Assembly (NCBI GenBank): GCA_963768855.1
Contig: CAVYJM010000011.1
Span: 363,331-427,330, forward strand
Length of the DNA: 64,000 bases
From: an uncultured Thermoplasmata archaeon
Lineage (GTDB): Archaea; Thermoplasmatota; Thermoplasmata; RBG-16-68-12
Direction: 5' to 3'
Part shown: piece after piece, positions 8,805 through 17,652 of the stretch
Layout: the number at the start of each line of letters is the position of its first letter
Position numbering within the stretch: the first letter of the stretch is position 1
Made by a program: the position numbers and the translations under genes
Notes under the pieces: model-generated
Database searches by the model: none
The model's input: only the letters and a program-made list of their open reading frames with translations
What the model was told of the DNA's origin: nothing

Positions 8805-9866
8805 ATGACCGAGGCGACCCCCGCCCGGAACCGGCCGGCGACCCCCGAGGAACCAGGACTGGAACCCCCTGATTCGACGGTATCCGGCTCCACCGACGCC
8901 GACTTGCAGGCGGACCTGCTTGAGTCGCTCGTCGAGTCGGCGGACTACGTGGACGTCCGGAAACCACTCCCGGCCCGGAGTGGAGGGGGCCTGCTACTGG
9001 CCACCCCCGAGGCGATTCGGGACGCCTTCGTCACCGCATGGGAGGGCCTCTCCCATTCTCTCCATCTGGAGATCAGCGCGGCGCGCGCGCTCGACGGCGT
9101 GAGGGACCTCGTGCTCTACGACATCCCGGATGGGACCCGCAGCACGCTCTCCGTGCCCGCGGCGACGGACGTCGAGACGGACGCCGGGCTGTATTGCCTC
9201 GCGCTCGTGCACACGCTCGCGTCGCTCGGAGCGGCGAGGACCGTCCTGCTCACGCACACGGTCTACAATCGCGAGCGCGGGCCCGAGGACACGAAGCGCT
9301 TCCTCGAGATCATGGCCCACGGCGTCGAACCCTTCCGCGGGTACACCCGGCGGCACAAGATCCGCGTGCACCTCCACGGGATTCACGAGGGCTACGAACT
9401 CGGCCCCCTCCTCTCGAAGGCCTTCCCCGTCCCTGCGGCCCCCAAGTTCGATGCCCATTTCCTCCTGGAGTACGAGGAGGAATGGTTCCTGACCCCGCAG
9501 GGTCGCGCCCTGCTGGAGATGCTCCCGGACATCGACGTCGTCGTGCGCCACACGAAGCTCCAGGTGAGCGGCGGCTGGATCCCGATGAAGATGCGCAAGT
9601 CCGCGTACGTGTACTCCCAGAACGGGAGCCTGAACTCGAACTGGTCCTACGACGAGTACGCCTCGATGGTCGCCGTGGCCTACCTGGCCAAGGTCCTGCA
9701 CTCCGGCGAGGCCCTGAGCAAGAAGTACGTCTCGATCGACGAGATCAAGGAGCGCTACCAGCAGCGGGAGATGCGGCTCCAGACACGGGTCGTGCGGCTC
9801 AGGGAGAAACCGCGGAAGCTCTTCGTCGTCGGCTCCGCGACCGGCCTCATCCAGGTCTACGCCTGA
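8805..9866 (+). CDS. Divergent cis-prenyltransferase-fold protein (putative terpenoid/prenyl synthase)
   Basis: Ordered UppS-like motifs: YDIPDGTR, VLLTHTVYNRERGPED..RFLEIM, IRVHLHG, PDIDVVVRH, AYVYS. Confidence 0.55.
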   Translation: MTEATPARNRPATPEEPGLEPPDSTVSGSTDADLQADLLESLVESADYVDVRKPLPARSGGGLLLATPEAIRDAFVTAWEGLSHSLHLEISAARALDGVRDLVLYDIPDGTRSTLSVPAATDVETDAGLYCLALVHTLASLGAARTVLLTHTVYNRERGPEDTKRFLEIMAHGVEPFRGYTRRHKIRVHLHGIHEGYELGPLLSKAFPVPAAPKFDAHFLLEYEEEWFLTPQGRALLEMLPDIDVVVRHTKLQVSGGWIPMKMRKSAYVYSQNGSLNSNWSYDEYASMVAVAYLAKVLHSGEALSKKYVSIDEIKERYQQREMRLQTRVVRLREKPRKLFVVGSATGLIQVYA

Positions 9867-9877
9867 GGCTGGCGCGG

Positions 9878-10996
9878 TCACGAGGCGGCCAGCAGGGCAG
9901 TGAGCAGGTCGTCGACGCCCCGGGCGTCTTTCGCCATGCCCCGCCAGTTGCCCAGCGCCTCCGCGTTCTCCTCTTCGAATTTCTCGACGGCCTCGATGAC
10001 CAGCCGACGGAGCTGGTCGTTCTCCTCCCCGTCGAGGACGAGGGTGAGGCAGGCATGCCGTCCGCGCTCCATGAGGAGCGTGTAGTTGCCATGGCGGATG
10101 GACTTGAGCCACTTCCCTCGCAGGGTCGGGAACGACGTGCGCATGAAGTTCGAGATCACGTCGAGCGTCGCGCTGAACGAGTCCGCGTCGATCATGCGTT
10201 CTTCCGGCTGGATTCTTGACCCGATCAGCGTGCCGTCGCTGAAGGTGAGGAAGGCGCCCTTCACATCGTAGGTCGAAGCCTTCTTCCGCCGGAGGGCGTC
10301 GTTCAGCCTCCGGCTGGCGGACGGGCTCGTCGCAAAGAAGATCAGGAATCCGGGGACGGCGAGAAAGGTCGAGAACAACGGAGGCTGGCCCGGGGAGTCC
10401 TCGAGGCCGAGCACCGCGTTCGAGAACGTGCCCGCCAGGAGGGCGGCGACGAAGCCAACGAGGATCGCCTCGATCCGATGCGCGAGTTTGGGACTCTGGC
10501 CGTGGACTTCGAAGACCGTCCGCCCGATTTGGGCCAGAGCGACCAGCCAGCACGCGGCAACAAACAGGAGCCACGGAAGATACCAATCCAGGTTGTACTG
10601 GGGGACCCGCGGGACCGGGCCCGGCGGGAGGGGCGGGAATCCGGCGAACATGTGTGTCGGGAACGAGACGATGAAGAACGCGGCGGGGACGAAGACCAGG
10701 AGCGACACACGGCGGAACCGGCCGTGGAACGCCATCCCATAGAGGAGCAGGAACACGCTCCCCACGGTGAGGCAGGTCAGGGAGACGCTGGCCTCGAGCG
10801 TCAGGTCCGCACCTGGGGGCATGTTGAAGAAGATCGCATCGCCCAGGGCGTACCCTCCCGTCAGCGTGCAGAGGAGGACGAAGAACAACTCGGTCCACGT
10901 CCGGTACCGCTCCTGATACGTGAGGTACCCCGCCAGGGAGAACCAGATCCCCGCACTGACCAGGGGGGCCCAGAACAGGAAGTCGTACGCGGACAT
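9878..10996 (-). CDS. 7TM membrane sensor with a C-terminal longin/roadblock-like domain
   Basis: About 7 TM segments, then FSATLDVISNFMRTSFPTLRG domain. Start at ATG 10996. Confidence 0.75.
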   Translation of the reverse strand: MSAYDFLFWAPLVSAGIWFSLAGYLTYQERYRTWTELFFVLLCTLTGGYALGDAIFFNMPPGADLTLEASVSLTCLTVGSVFLLLYGMAFHGRFRRVSLLVFVPAAFFIVSFPTHMFAGFPPLPPGPVPRVPQYNLDWYLPWLLFVAACWLVALAQIGRTVFEVHGQSPKLAHRIEAILVGFVAALLAGTFSNAVLGLEDSPGQPPLFSTFLAVPGFLIFFATSPSASRRLNDALRRKKASTYDVKGAFLTFSDGTLIGSRIQPEERMIDADSFSATLDVISNFMRTSFPTLRGKWLKSIRHGNYTLLMERGRHACLTLVLDGEENDQLRRLVIEAVEKFEEENAEALGNWRGMAKDARGVDDLLTALLAAS

Positions 10997-11057
10997 GCGG
11001 GTTCCTCGATTCTTCAGTCCCCGTTGTGTCTTAAGCATTTAGTGTTCGAGTTCGGCC

Positions 11058-12197
11058 TCATGTCTGCTCGAGGAGGGAGGTGAGCAGCCCGTCCGTCCCG
11101 ATCGCCTCGGACGGCATGCCTCTCCAGTCCGCGAGGACGGGCTGGTTGTCCCGCTCGTACCCCAGGAGGAGATCGCGCATGTGCCGGCGCAACTGGTCGT
11201 TCTCCTCTCCTTGTAGGATCACGGTCAGGTAGGCGTACCGGCCGCGTTCCATGACGAGCGTGTAGTCCCCGTGTTTGATCGCGCTCAGCGAACCGCGCAG
11301 GGTCGGGAAGGAGGTGCGCATGAAGTTCTGGATCACGTCGAGCGTCGCGCTGAACAGGTCCTGGTCGATGACCTTCTCCCCGGGTCGGACCTTCGCGCCG
11401 ATCAGGGTGCCGTCCGTGAAGATCACGAAGGCCGCCTTGATGTTGTAGCGGCTTGCCTTCCACCGCCGCACCGCAACGGAGAACCGCTCCGTGCTCAGAG
11501 GCGACAGGGTCACGACCGAGACGATTCCCGGGAGGACGAGCCCGGTGGAGAAGAGCGGGAGGAACTGGTAATTCCCGAGCCCGCGCGTCACGTTCGTCAG
11601 CCCTCCGAGGGCCAGGGCGAGGAGGGTCGAGACGAGCAGGCCGAGCATCCGGCGGCGGAGCTTCGTCGTCTGGTCCGCCACCTCCCGATAGGTTCGCAGG
11701 AGGAAGTACGCGGCGAGGCCGGCGTAGGCCACCACGCCCACCACCCAAGTGATGAACACGGTCTTGTCCCAGGAGCCGAGCCAGGGCGGCCCGAACAGCG
11801 CGCCGGGCGACGAGTCGAGGGGCTGGATCATGCCCAGGTTCGGGACGAGACCCGCCCACACGAGCGCGATGAGGCCGACCGCGGGCACGAACGCGAGCAG
11901 GTACCCGGTCCGCATCCTCGTGTAGAAGACGAGGGAGAAGAGGAAGATGAAGCAGACACTGAGGGTGAGGACGCTGAAGCCAAGCAGGGCGGCGGTTCTG
12001 GCTTGCATCTGGTCCGGCGAAGTGAAGAAGAGGACATCGGCAAAGGCGTACGCCCCGACGAAAATGCAGCCGGCGAGGAAGAACACCTCGGTCCACGTAC
12101 GATAGCGGTCGCGATAGACCTGGTAGAGGGCGAGGCCCCACCACACGCCGACCGTGGCGAGGGGCAACCACTGCTGGCCGGGGATGGGGAGGGCCAT
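11058..12197 (-). CDS. 7TM membrane sensor with a C-terminal longin/roadblock-like domain (tandem paralog)
   Basis: Clear paralog of 9878-10996 (shared RYRTWTE.FF and the C-terminal domain). Start at ATG 12197. Confidence 0.75.
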   Translation of the reverse strand: MALPIPGQQWLPLATVGVWWGLALYQVYRDRYRTWTEVFFLAGCIFVGAYAFADVLFFTSPDQMQARTAALLGFSVLTLSVCFIFLFSLVFYTRMRTGYLLAFVPAVGLIALVWAGLVPNLGMIQPLDSSPGALFGPPWLGSWDKTVFITWVVGVVAYAGLAAYFLLRTYREVADQTTKLRRRMLGLLVSTLLALALGGLTNVTRGLGNYQFLPLFSTGLVLPGIVSVVTLSPLSTERFSVAVRRWKASRYNIKAAFVIFTDGTLIGAKVRPGEKVIDQDLFSATLDVIQNFMRTSFPTLRGSLSAIKHGDYTLVMERGRYAYLTVILQGEENDQLRRHMRDLLLGYERDNQPVLADWRGMPSEAIGTDGLLTSLLEQT

Positions 12198-12307
12198 GGA
12201 AACCAAGGGGTAGTTTCCCAACCTTCGCAAGGTATGTTAAAGCCTTCGACGTGATTTTCCGTCGCAAGAAGAGCCCGGGGCGCGCAACGGCTAAGGCGGT
12301 GGGTCCG

Positions 12308-13335
12308 ATGCCCCGTCCACGAAGGTCCGGATCGCGGGCGCGGGTCCCGCAGGCCTCAGCGCGGCCTGCGTCCTCGCCGAGGGGGGAGCTGAGGTGGAGG
12401 TCTTCGATCGAGGACCCGCCCTCGGGTCGAAAGAGGCCGATTTCTCCGCAGGTCTGCGGAACTACGCCGGCCGGGACGCCCTCGAGGAACTTGCGTCCTA
12501 CGGCGTGCCGGTCCGTCCGTTCGCCACCGCGCAGAAAACGATCCGGCATTCGCCGCGGTTCGCGAACGTGCTCCATGGCCCCTCCTACTTCATCCTGGCC
12601 CGCGGCGCGGGGCCGACCACGGTCGAGCGCCAGCTCTTCGACCGGGCCGTGCGGGCGGGAGCTCGGGTGCGGTTCGGGACGGCGAAGGATCCTCAGGACG
12701 TGGACATCGTGGCCGCGGGACGGCCCACCGGTCCGCCGTCCCTCCTCGGCGTGGGGTTCACGTTCTCGCGGGAGGGGAGCCCGATGGACGACACGACGCT
12801 CTACGCCCTCCTCGATAACTCGATCGCGCCCGCCGGCTACTTCGCCCTCGCCCCGGGGCCTGAGGCTTGCACGCTCTACGCCGTCTCCTGGACGGATCTG
12901 GATCTGGAGAGCATGCGGTCGCGCGTCGAGGCCTCGCTCCAGATTCCCTGGGTGAGGGAGCTCGTCGGATCGAGCCGCCGGCTTCAGCGGATCGAGTGCG
13001 GCGCCTACTTCGCGCGGGACCCGATCGCCGATGCGGTGGCCCCGTCGGGCGCGCTCCGGGTCGGAGAGGCCGCCGGCTTCCTCGATGCGATCGGCGGCTA
13101 TGGCGTCCGGTACGCGTTGATCACGGGAGCCCTCGCGGCGAAGTCGGTCCTCGACCGGTCCGACTATCCTGCCCTCCTGCGGCAGGCGTTCGGCACTGAG
13201 TTCGAGGAAGCCTTCGCGTTCAGGCAGCAGTTGAACCGCGCGACGAACGAGGACATGGACCGCCTCGTGGCGTCCATGGGGCCGGAGATGGATCTGGCCG
13301 CGTACCAACAGCACCGGTCCTCCCGACTCCTGTGA
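12308..13335 (+). CDS. FAD-dependent oxidoreductase, geranylgeranyl-reductase-like; start disrupted
   Basis: KVRIAGAGPAGLSAA FAD motif at about 12322-12366 is in the 12394 ORF frame, but the only nearby ATG (12308) is out of frame by one base. C-terminal VGEAAGFLDAIGGYG. Confidence 0.75.
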
Positions 13336-13376
13336 CCCGCGCAAGCTTATTCTGGGGATCCCACCATCGTGCCGCG

Positions 13377-14396
13377 ATGGCCGATTCGGTCCGCGTCGCA
13401 GGGGCCGGCCTTGGAGGTCTGACCGCGGCACTCGTGCTCGCGCGAGCGGGGCGGACGGTCGAGGTCTTCGACCCGAAGACGGCGCTGCTCCCCAGCTCGG
13501 GCCCGCACACGGAAGGCATCCGGAACTACCGCAAGTTGGACGCTCTCGAGGAACTGCGGTCCGTGGGCTTCGATTTTTCGCCGTTCTCGACCGTCCAGCG
13601 GACGATTCGCGCCGCGCCGCACGCCCGAACCGAGCTCCTCGGCCCCGCGCACTACCTGTTCCAGCGGGGCCGTGAACCCGAATCCGTCGATCAGGTCCTC
13701 TTCCGTCGGGCCCAGGAGGCCGGGGTCCGGTTCCACTTCGGCGCCTCCCTCGGCGCCGATGATGCAGACATCGTCGCGACCGGTCCTCCGAAGGACGAGA
13801 CCCAGATCCTCGGCGCGGGCTACACGTTCTCGGCCACGGGTAGCTCCCTGACGCGCGACGTCGCATGCGCCCTCTTCGACAACGAGGTCGCACCAGCCGG
13901 ATACCTGGCCATCACGCCCGGCATCGACTACCACTCGATCTACAGCGTCTCCTGGTCCGAGTTCGACTACGCGCGGCTCCTCGCTCGCGTCCACAAGGCG
14001 TTCGAGGTCCCCTGGGTCAAGGCGATTCTCGGGACGAGCACCTGGGTCGGCAAGATCCACGGCCGCGCACATTTCGTCCGAGATCCGATCGCGGACGCGG
14101 AGCGGGGCGGGGTGCTGTATGTCGGCGAGGCCGGAGGCTTCCAGGACGCCGTTGCGGGCTTCGGCTTCCGGTACGCGGCGATGACGGGCGCGCTCGCCGC
14201 ACGGTCCATCCTGGAGGGCCGGGACTATCGTGGACTCCTGCGCCAGGCCTTCGGCAACGAGTTCGTGGAGTCCTGGGTCTTCCGGGAGAAGCTGAACGCC
14301 GCGACGAACGAGGACTATGACCGGATGTTCGCGGCCCTTGGCCCCGAGATCACCCTCGAGGCGTACGTCGCCCAGCGTGGCTCCCGCGGGTTCTGA
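13377..14396 (+). CDS. FAD-dependent oxidoreductase, geranylgeranyl-reductase-like (tandem paralog)
   Basis: VAGAGLGGLTAA and VGEAGGFQDAVAGFG motifs. Co-linear with the upstream paralog. CTTATT box about 25 nt before ATG 13377. Confidence 0.85.
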   Translation: MADSVRVAGAGLGGLTAALVLARAGRTVEVFDPKTALLPSSGPHTEGIRNYRKLDALEELRSVGFDFSPFSTVQRTIRAAPHARTELLGPAHYLFQRGREPESVDQVLFRRAQEAGVRFHFGASLGADDADIVATGPPKDETQILGAGYTFSATGSSLTRDVACALFDNEVAPAGYLAITPGIDYHSIYSVSWSEFDYARLLARVHKAFEVPWVKAILGTSTWVGKIHGRAHFVRDPIADAERGGVLYVGEAGGFQDAVAGFGFRYAAMTGALAARSILEGRDYRGLLRQAFGNEFVESWVFREKLNAATNEDYDRMFAALGPEITLEAYVAQRGSRGF

Positions 14397-14398
14397 AC

Positions 14399-16159
14399 TC
14401 ATGCGCCGCCGGGCTTCACGGCCTTGAGCTGTCCGCGGTACATCTCGAGCAGCTCTTTCTGGGAGGTCGCGTCCTCGGGCTTCTTGTCGTCGCGCCACTT
14501 GCCGGTGAACCGGGGGAACCGGACGGCAAGGCCCGCGCCCTTGCGGACCGCATCGCGGGCGCACGTGTGGACCGGGCTGACCGTGATCTCCGCACCCTTG
14601 ACCTCGAGGACGAACCGCGGCTCGAACCAGACGTCGGGTGTGAGCGCGGAATCCACGCGGGCGTGCCGGTGCGGGACGACCGCGTCCTGGAATCGGTCCT
14701 TCAAGCCGAACAGGGTCTCGTCGTCGAAGCCCGTGCCGAGCTTGCAGGTCGTGCGGAACACGTCCGCCTGGTCATCGTAGGCGGCCATGAGCAACGCACC
14801 GTACGTGCCGGCGCGCTTCCCCCGCCCCGCGAACGCGCCGACCGCCACGAGATCGATCGTGTCGCTCAGCTCCGTGCTGTATTCCTTCTTGAACTTGATC
14901 CACTGAAAGCCGCGGGCGCCCGCGTCGTACGTCGAGGAGAGGGCCTTCGCCATGAGGCCCTCGCACCCCGCCTGGAGGGCCTCGTCGAAGAACGCCTCCG
15001 CGGCCTTGACGTCCGCGGTGACCTTGTACGTCGCGCGCCGCACGCGCTCGTTCTCCTTCAGGATCCCGTCCAGGGCCTTCCTCCGCTCGACATACGTACG
15101 AATCGTGAGGTCCTCTCCCTCCAGGAAGAGGCAGTCGAAGGTGAACAGGGTCACGGGGAACTCCTGCGACATCCGGTCCACGTCCGTCTTCCGTCCGCGA
15201 CGGCGGCTGACCTCCTGGAACGGGAGGAACTCGCCCGTGTTTGCGTCGACGGGGACCGCCTCGCCCTCGACGATCGCCTCTTTCGCGCGGATCGCGGTCC
15301 GCAGCCCTTCGACAATCTCGGGGAACTGCCCCGTGATGTTTTCGAGCTCCCGCGAGAAGAGCCGGATCTTGTCGTTCGAGATGTGCGCCTGGCACCGCAG
15401 GCCGTCGTACTTGTACTCGAGCGCGGGCTCCCCCATCCTCTCCATGATTTCCTGCAACGTGGGCAGCCGCTCCGCGAGCATGGAGCGGATTGGGCGGAAG
15501 AGCTGGAGATGGATTGCATCGGCGCCCGCGAGCCCGTTCTCGGCGAGGGCGCGGGCCACCTCGCCCAGGTCGGACGACACGTTGTACGCGCGCTCGACGC
15601 GGTCCCGCTCCTCCTTCGTCGCGAAGGTGGCCGCAAGGGCGTCCACGATCGTCATGTCCGCGACCCCGAGGCGCATCTTGCCCACGACGATCCGCACGAG
15701 GTAGCGCGCCTCCTTCGGTTCCGCGTCAGTCAGGAGCTCCGCGAGGAGCCGCAGCTTCTTCTCCTGCGAACCGGATCCACCGGTGGTCGCGATCTCCTTC
15801 AGGTTCTCGTAGACCTTCGCGATGGTCAGCGGCTCGGAGGTGAGCGAGGTCTGCTTCTTCCCGCGGAGGCGCTCCTCTGCCACGAGCCCGAGATCGCCGG
15901 AGGCCTTCCAGGCCTTCTCGATGTCCTCGTCCCGGTCCCCGGTGGCCTGAGCGATTGCGCGGATCGCGAGCTTCTCCGCGACGCCGAGCTCGATCCCTGC
16001 GTAGCCCGGATAGACCCGGCCCTGCGTGAGGTAGACGACCGGTTCCAGATCGGGCTTGGGCACCTGCCTGAACAGGCTGACGAGGAGGTCGGTCATCTCG
16101 AGGCGCTTCGTCGTGGCCTCGAGCTTCTCGTACGCGTCGACCAGGGTCGCGTACTGCAT
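14399..16159 (-). CDS. lig: ATP-dependent DNA ligase
   Basis: Motif I EYKYDG, plus EGEAV, EGLMAK, WIKFKK and RFPRF. CTTAAG box 24 nt upstream. Confidence 0.97.
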   Translation of the reverse strand: MQYATLVDAYEKLEATTKRLEMTDLLVSLFRQVPKPDLEPVVYLTQGRVYPGYAGIELGVAEKLAIRAIAQATGDRDEDIEKAWKASGDLGLVAEERLRGKKQTSLTSEPLTIAKVYENLKEIATTGGSGSQEKKLRLLAELLTDAEPKEARYLVRIVVGKMRLGVADMTIVDALAATFATKEERDRVERAYNVSSDLGEVARALAENGLAGADAIHLQLFRPIRSMLAERLPTLQEIMERMGEPALEYKYDGLRCQAHISNDKIRLFSRELENITGQFPEIVEGLRTAIRAKEAIVEGEAVPVDANTGEFLPFQEVSRRRGRKTDVDRMSQEFPVTLFTFDCLFLEGEDLTIRTYVERRKALDGILKENERVRRATYKVTADVKAAEAFFDEALQAGCEGLMAKALSSTYDAGARGFQWIKFKKEYSTELSDTIDLVAVGAFAGRGKRAGTYGALLMAAYDDQADVFRTTCKLGTGFDDETLFGLKDRFQDAVVPHRHARVDSALTPDVWFEPRFVLEVKGAEITVSPVHTCARDAVRKGAGLAVRFPRFTGKWRDDKKPEDATSQKELLEMYRGQLKAVKPGGA

Positions 16160-16202
16160 CGGCCGGGCTAGGCAGGACGACGGCTTAAGCGTGGCGGGAG
16201 GG

Positions 16203-17546
16203 TCACCGGGACTTCGCGACCACGGCGGCGACGATCTCCTCGCTCTTCCCGGTGTAGCGGTCCGGGCGCATGGCCTCGTCGATCTCCTTGTCGGTGAGGT
16301 GGGCCTTGATCCGCTTGTCCGCCTTCAGCGCGTCCCGGAGGTGGCGGCCCTCCGCGCGGGCTCTCATCGCGACCTCCCGGACGAGGCGGTGCGCTTCCTG
16401 GCGGCCCAGCCCCTTGCGCGTCAAGGCGATCATCACGGACTCCGACATGACCTGCCCCTTCGTCGCCTCGAGGTTCTCCTTCATGCGCTCCGGGTACACG
16501 CGCAGGTCTCGGAAGATCTCGATGCTCCGGGCGAGCATCTCGTCAAGCAGGACGCAGGCGTGCGGGATCAGGATGCGTTCGGACGCGCTGTTCGTCAGGT
16601 CCCGCTCGTGCCACAGCGCGACGTTCTCGTACGCGGGGATGACGAAGGACCGGACGATTCGCGCGAGGGAGACCACGTTCTCCGCGTTGACCGGGTTCTC
16701 TTTCTGGGCCATCGTCGAGCTGCCGACCTGCTTGGTCGACTCGAACGCCTCCGCGGCCTCGCCGATTTCGTTCCGCTGGAGGTTCCGCACTTCGGTCGCG
16801 AACTTCTCCAGGGAGGACGCGACGTTCGCGAGGACCGCGATGAACTCTGCGTAGCGGTCGCGCCCGACCACCTGGGTGGACGCCTCGTCCACGCCGACGC
16901 CAAGGTCCGCCATGACGGCCGACTGAATCTCGAGGGCCTTCGGGCCGAACGCCGCGCCCGTGCCCACCGCGCCGGACATCTTGCCGACGACCACGCGCTT
17001 CGTCATCTCGACGATCCGTTCGCGGTGGCGGTCCACCTCGGCGGTGTACACGGCCATCTTCAGTCCGAAGGTGATCGGGATCGCCGCCTGCCCGTGGGTC
17101 CGTCCGAGCATGACTGTGCCCTTGTGCTTCTTCGCGAGGTCCGCGAGGGCCTGCGCCAGGGTTGCGAGATCGTCGTCCACAATCGCGATCGCGTCGCGTA
17201 GCTGCAACGCCGTCGCCGTGTCCGAGATGTCGTTGCTCGTCGCCCCGAAGTGGACGAACTTCCCCGCCTCAGGGCCGCTCGCCTCGGTCAGCGCGAGGAC
17301 GACGGCCATGATGTCGTGGCGGGTCTCCTTCTCGAGCTCGGACACCCGGTCGACGGTCACGTCCTTCGTGGTCGCATGCTTCGTGATGCCCTTCGCCGCG
17401 GGGGCTGGGATCAGGCCCGCCTTCGCCTCGGCCCGGGCCAACGCCGCTTCCACGTCGAGGAGCCGCTGGAGTCGGGTCTCTTCCTCGAAGACGGCTTTCA
17501 TCTTCGGGCGTCCGTAGCGGAAGTCGATCGGGCAGAGGAGCGACAT
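16203..17546 (-). CDS. purB: Adenylosuccinate lyase
   Basis: PIDFRYG, HFGATSND, GRTHGQ and signature GSSTMAQKENP. Start at ATG 17546. Confidence 0.95.
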   Translation of the reverse strand: MSLLCPIDFRYGRPKMKAVFEEETRLQRLLDVEAALARAEAKAGLIPAPAAKGITKHATTKDVTVDRVSELEKETRHDIMAVVLALTEASGPEAGKFVHFGATSNDISDTATALQLRDAIAIVDDDLATLAQALADLAKKHKGTVMLGRTHGQAAIPITFGLKMAVYTAEVDRHRERIVEMTKRVVVGKMSGAVGTGAAFGPKALEIQSAVMADLGVGVDEASTQVVGRDRYAEFIAVLANVASSLEKFATEVRNLQRNEIGEAAEAFESTKQVGSSTMAQKENPVNAENVVSLARIVRSFVIPAYENVALWHERDLTNSASERILIPHACVLLDEMLARSIEIFRDLRVYPERMKENLEATKGQVMSESVMIALTRKGLGRQEAHRLVREVAMRARAEGRHLRDALKADKRIKAHLTDKEIDEAMRPDRYTGKSEEIVAAVVAKSR

Positions 17547-17652
17547 GGCCTTCCCGCACGGGGAACCGCACGGGCCGTTATGGAGCTTTCCTCCCGGCGG
17601 CTGCGAGGCCGGGGACCACCGGTCACCGCCCTGCCGGGACGGCGCGGCCCGT

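Noticed and set aside
5986-13893. Long opposite-strand or alternate-frame ORFs (e.g. 5986-8259, 8994-10898, 11014-13893)
   Set aside because: Arg/Gly/Pro-rich shadow ORFs typical of high-GC DNA, overlapping well-supported genes. The same applies to most ORF-track entries elsewhere.
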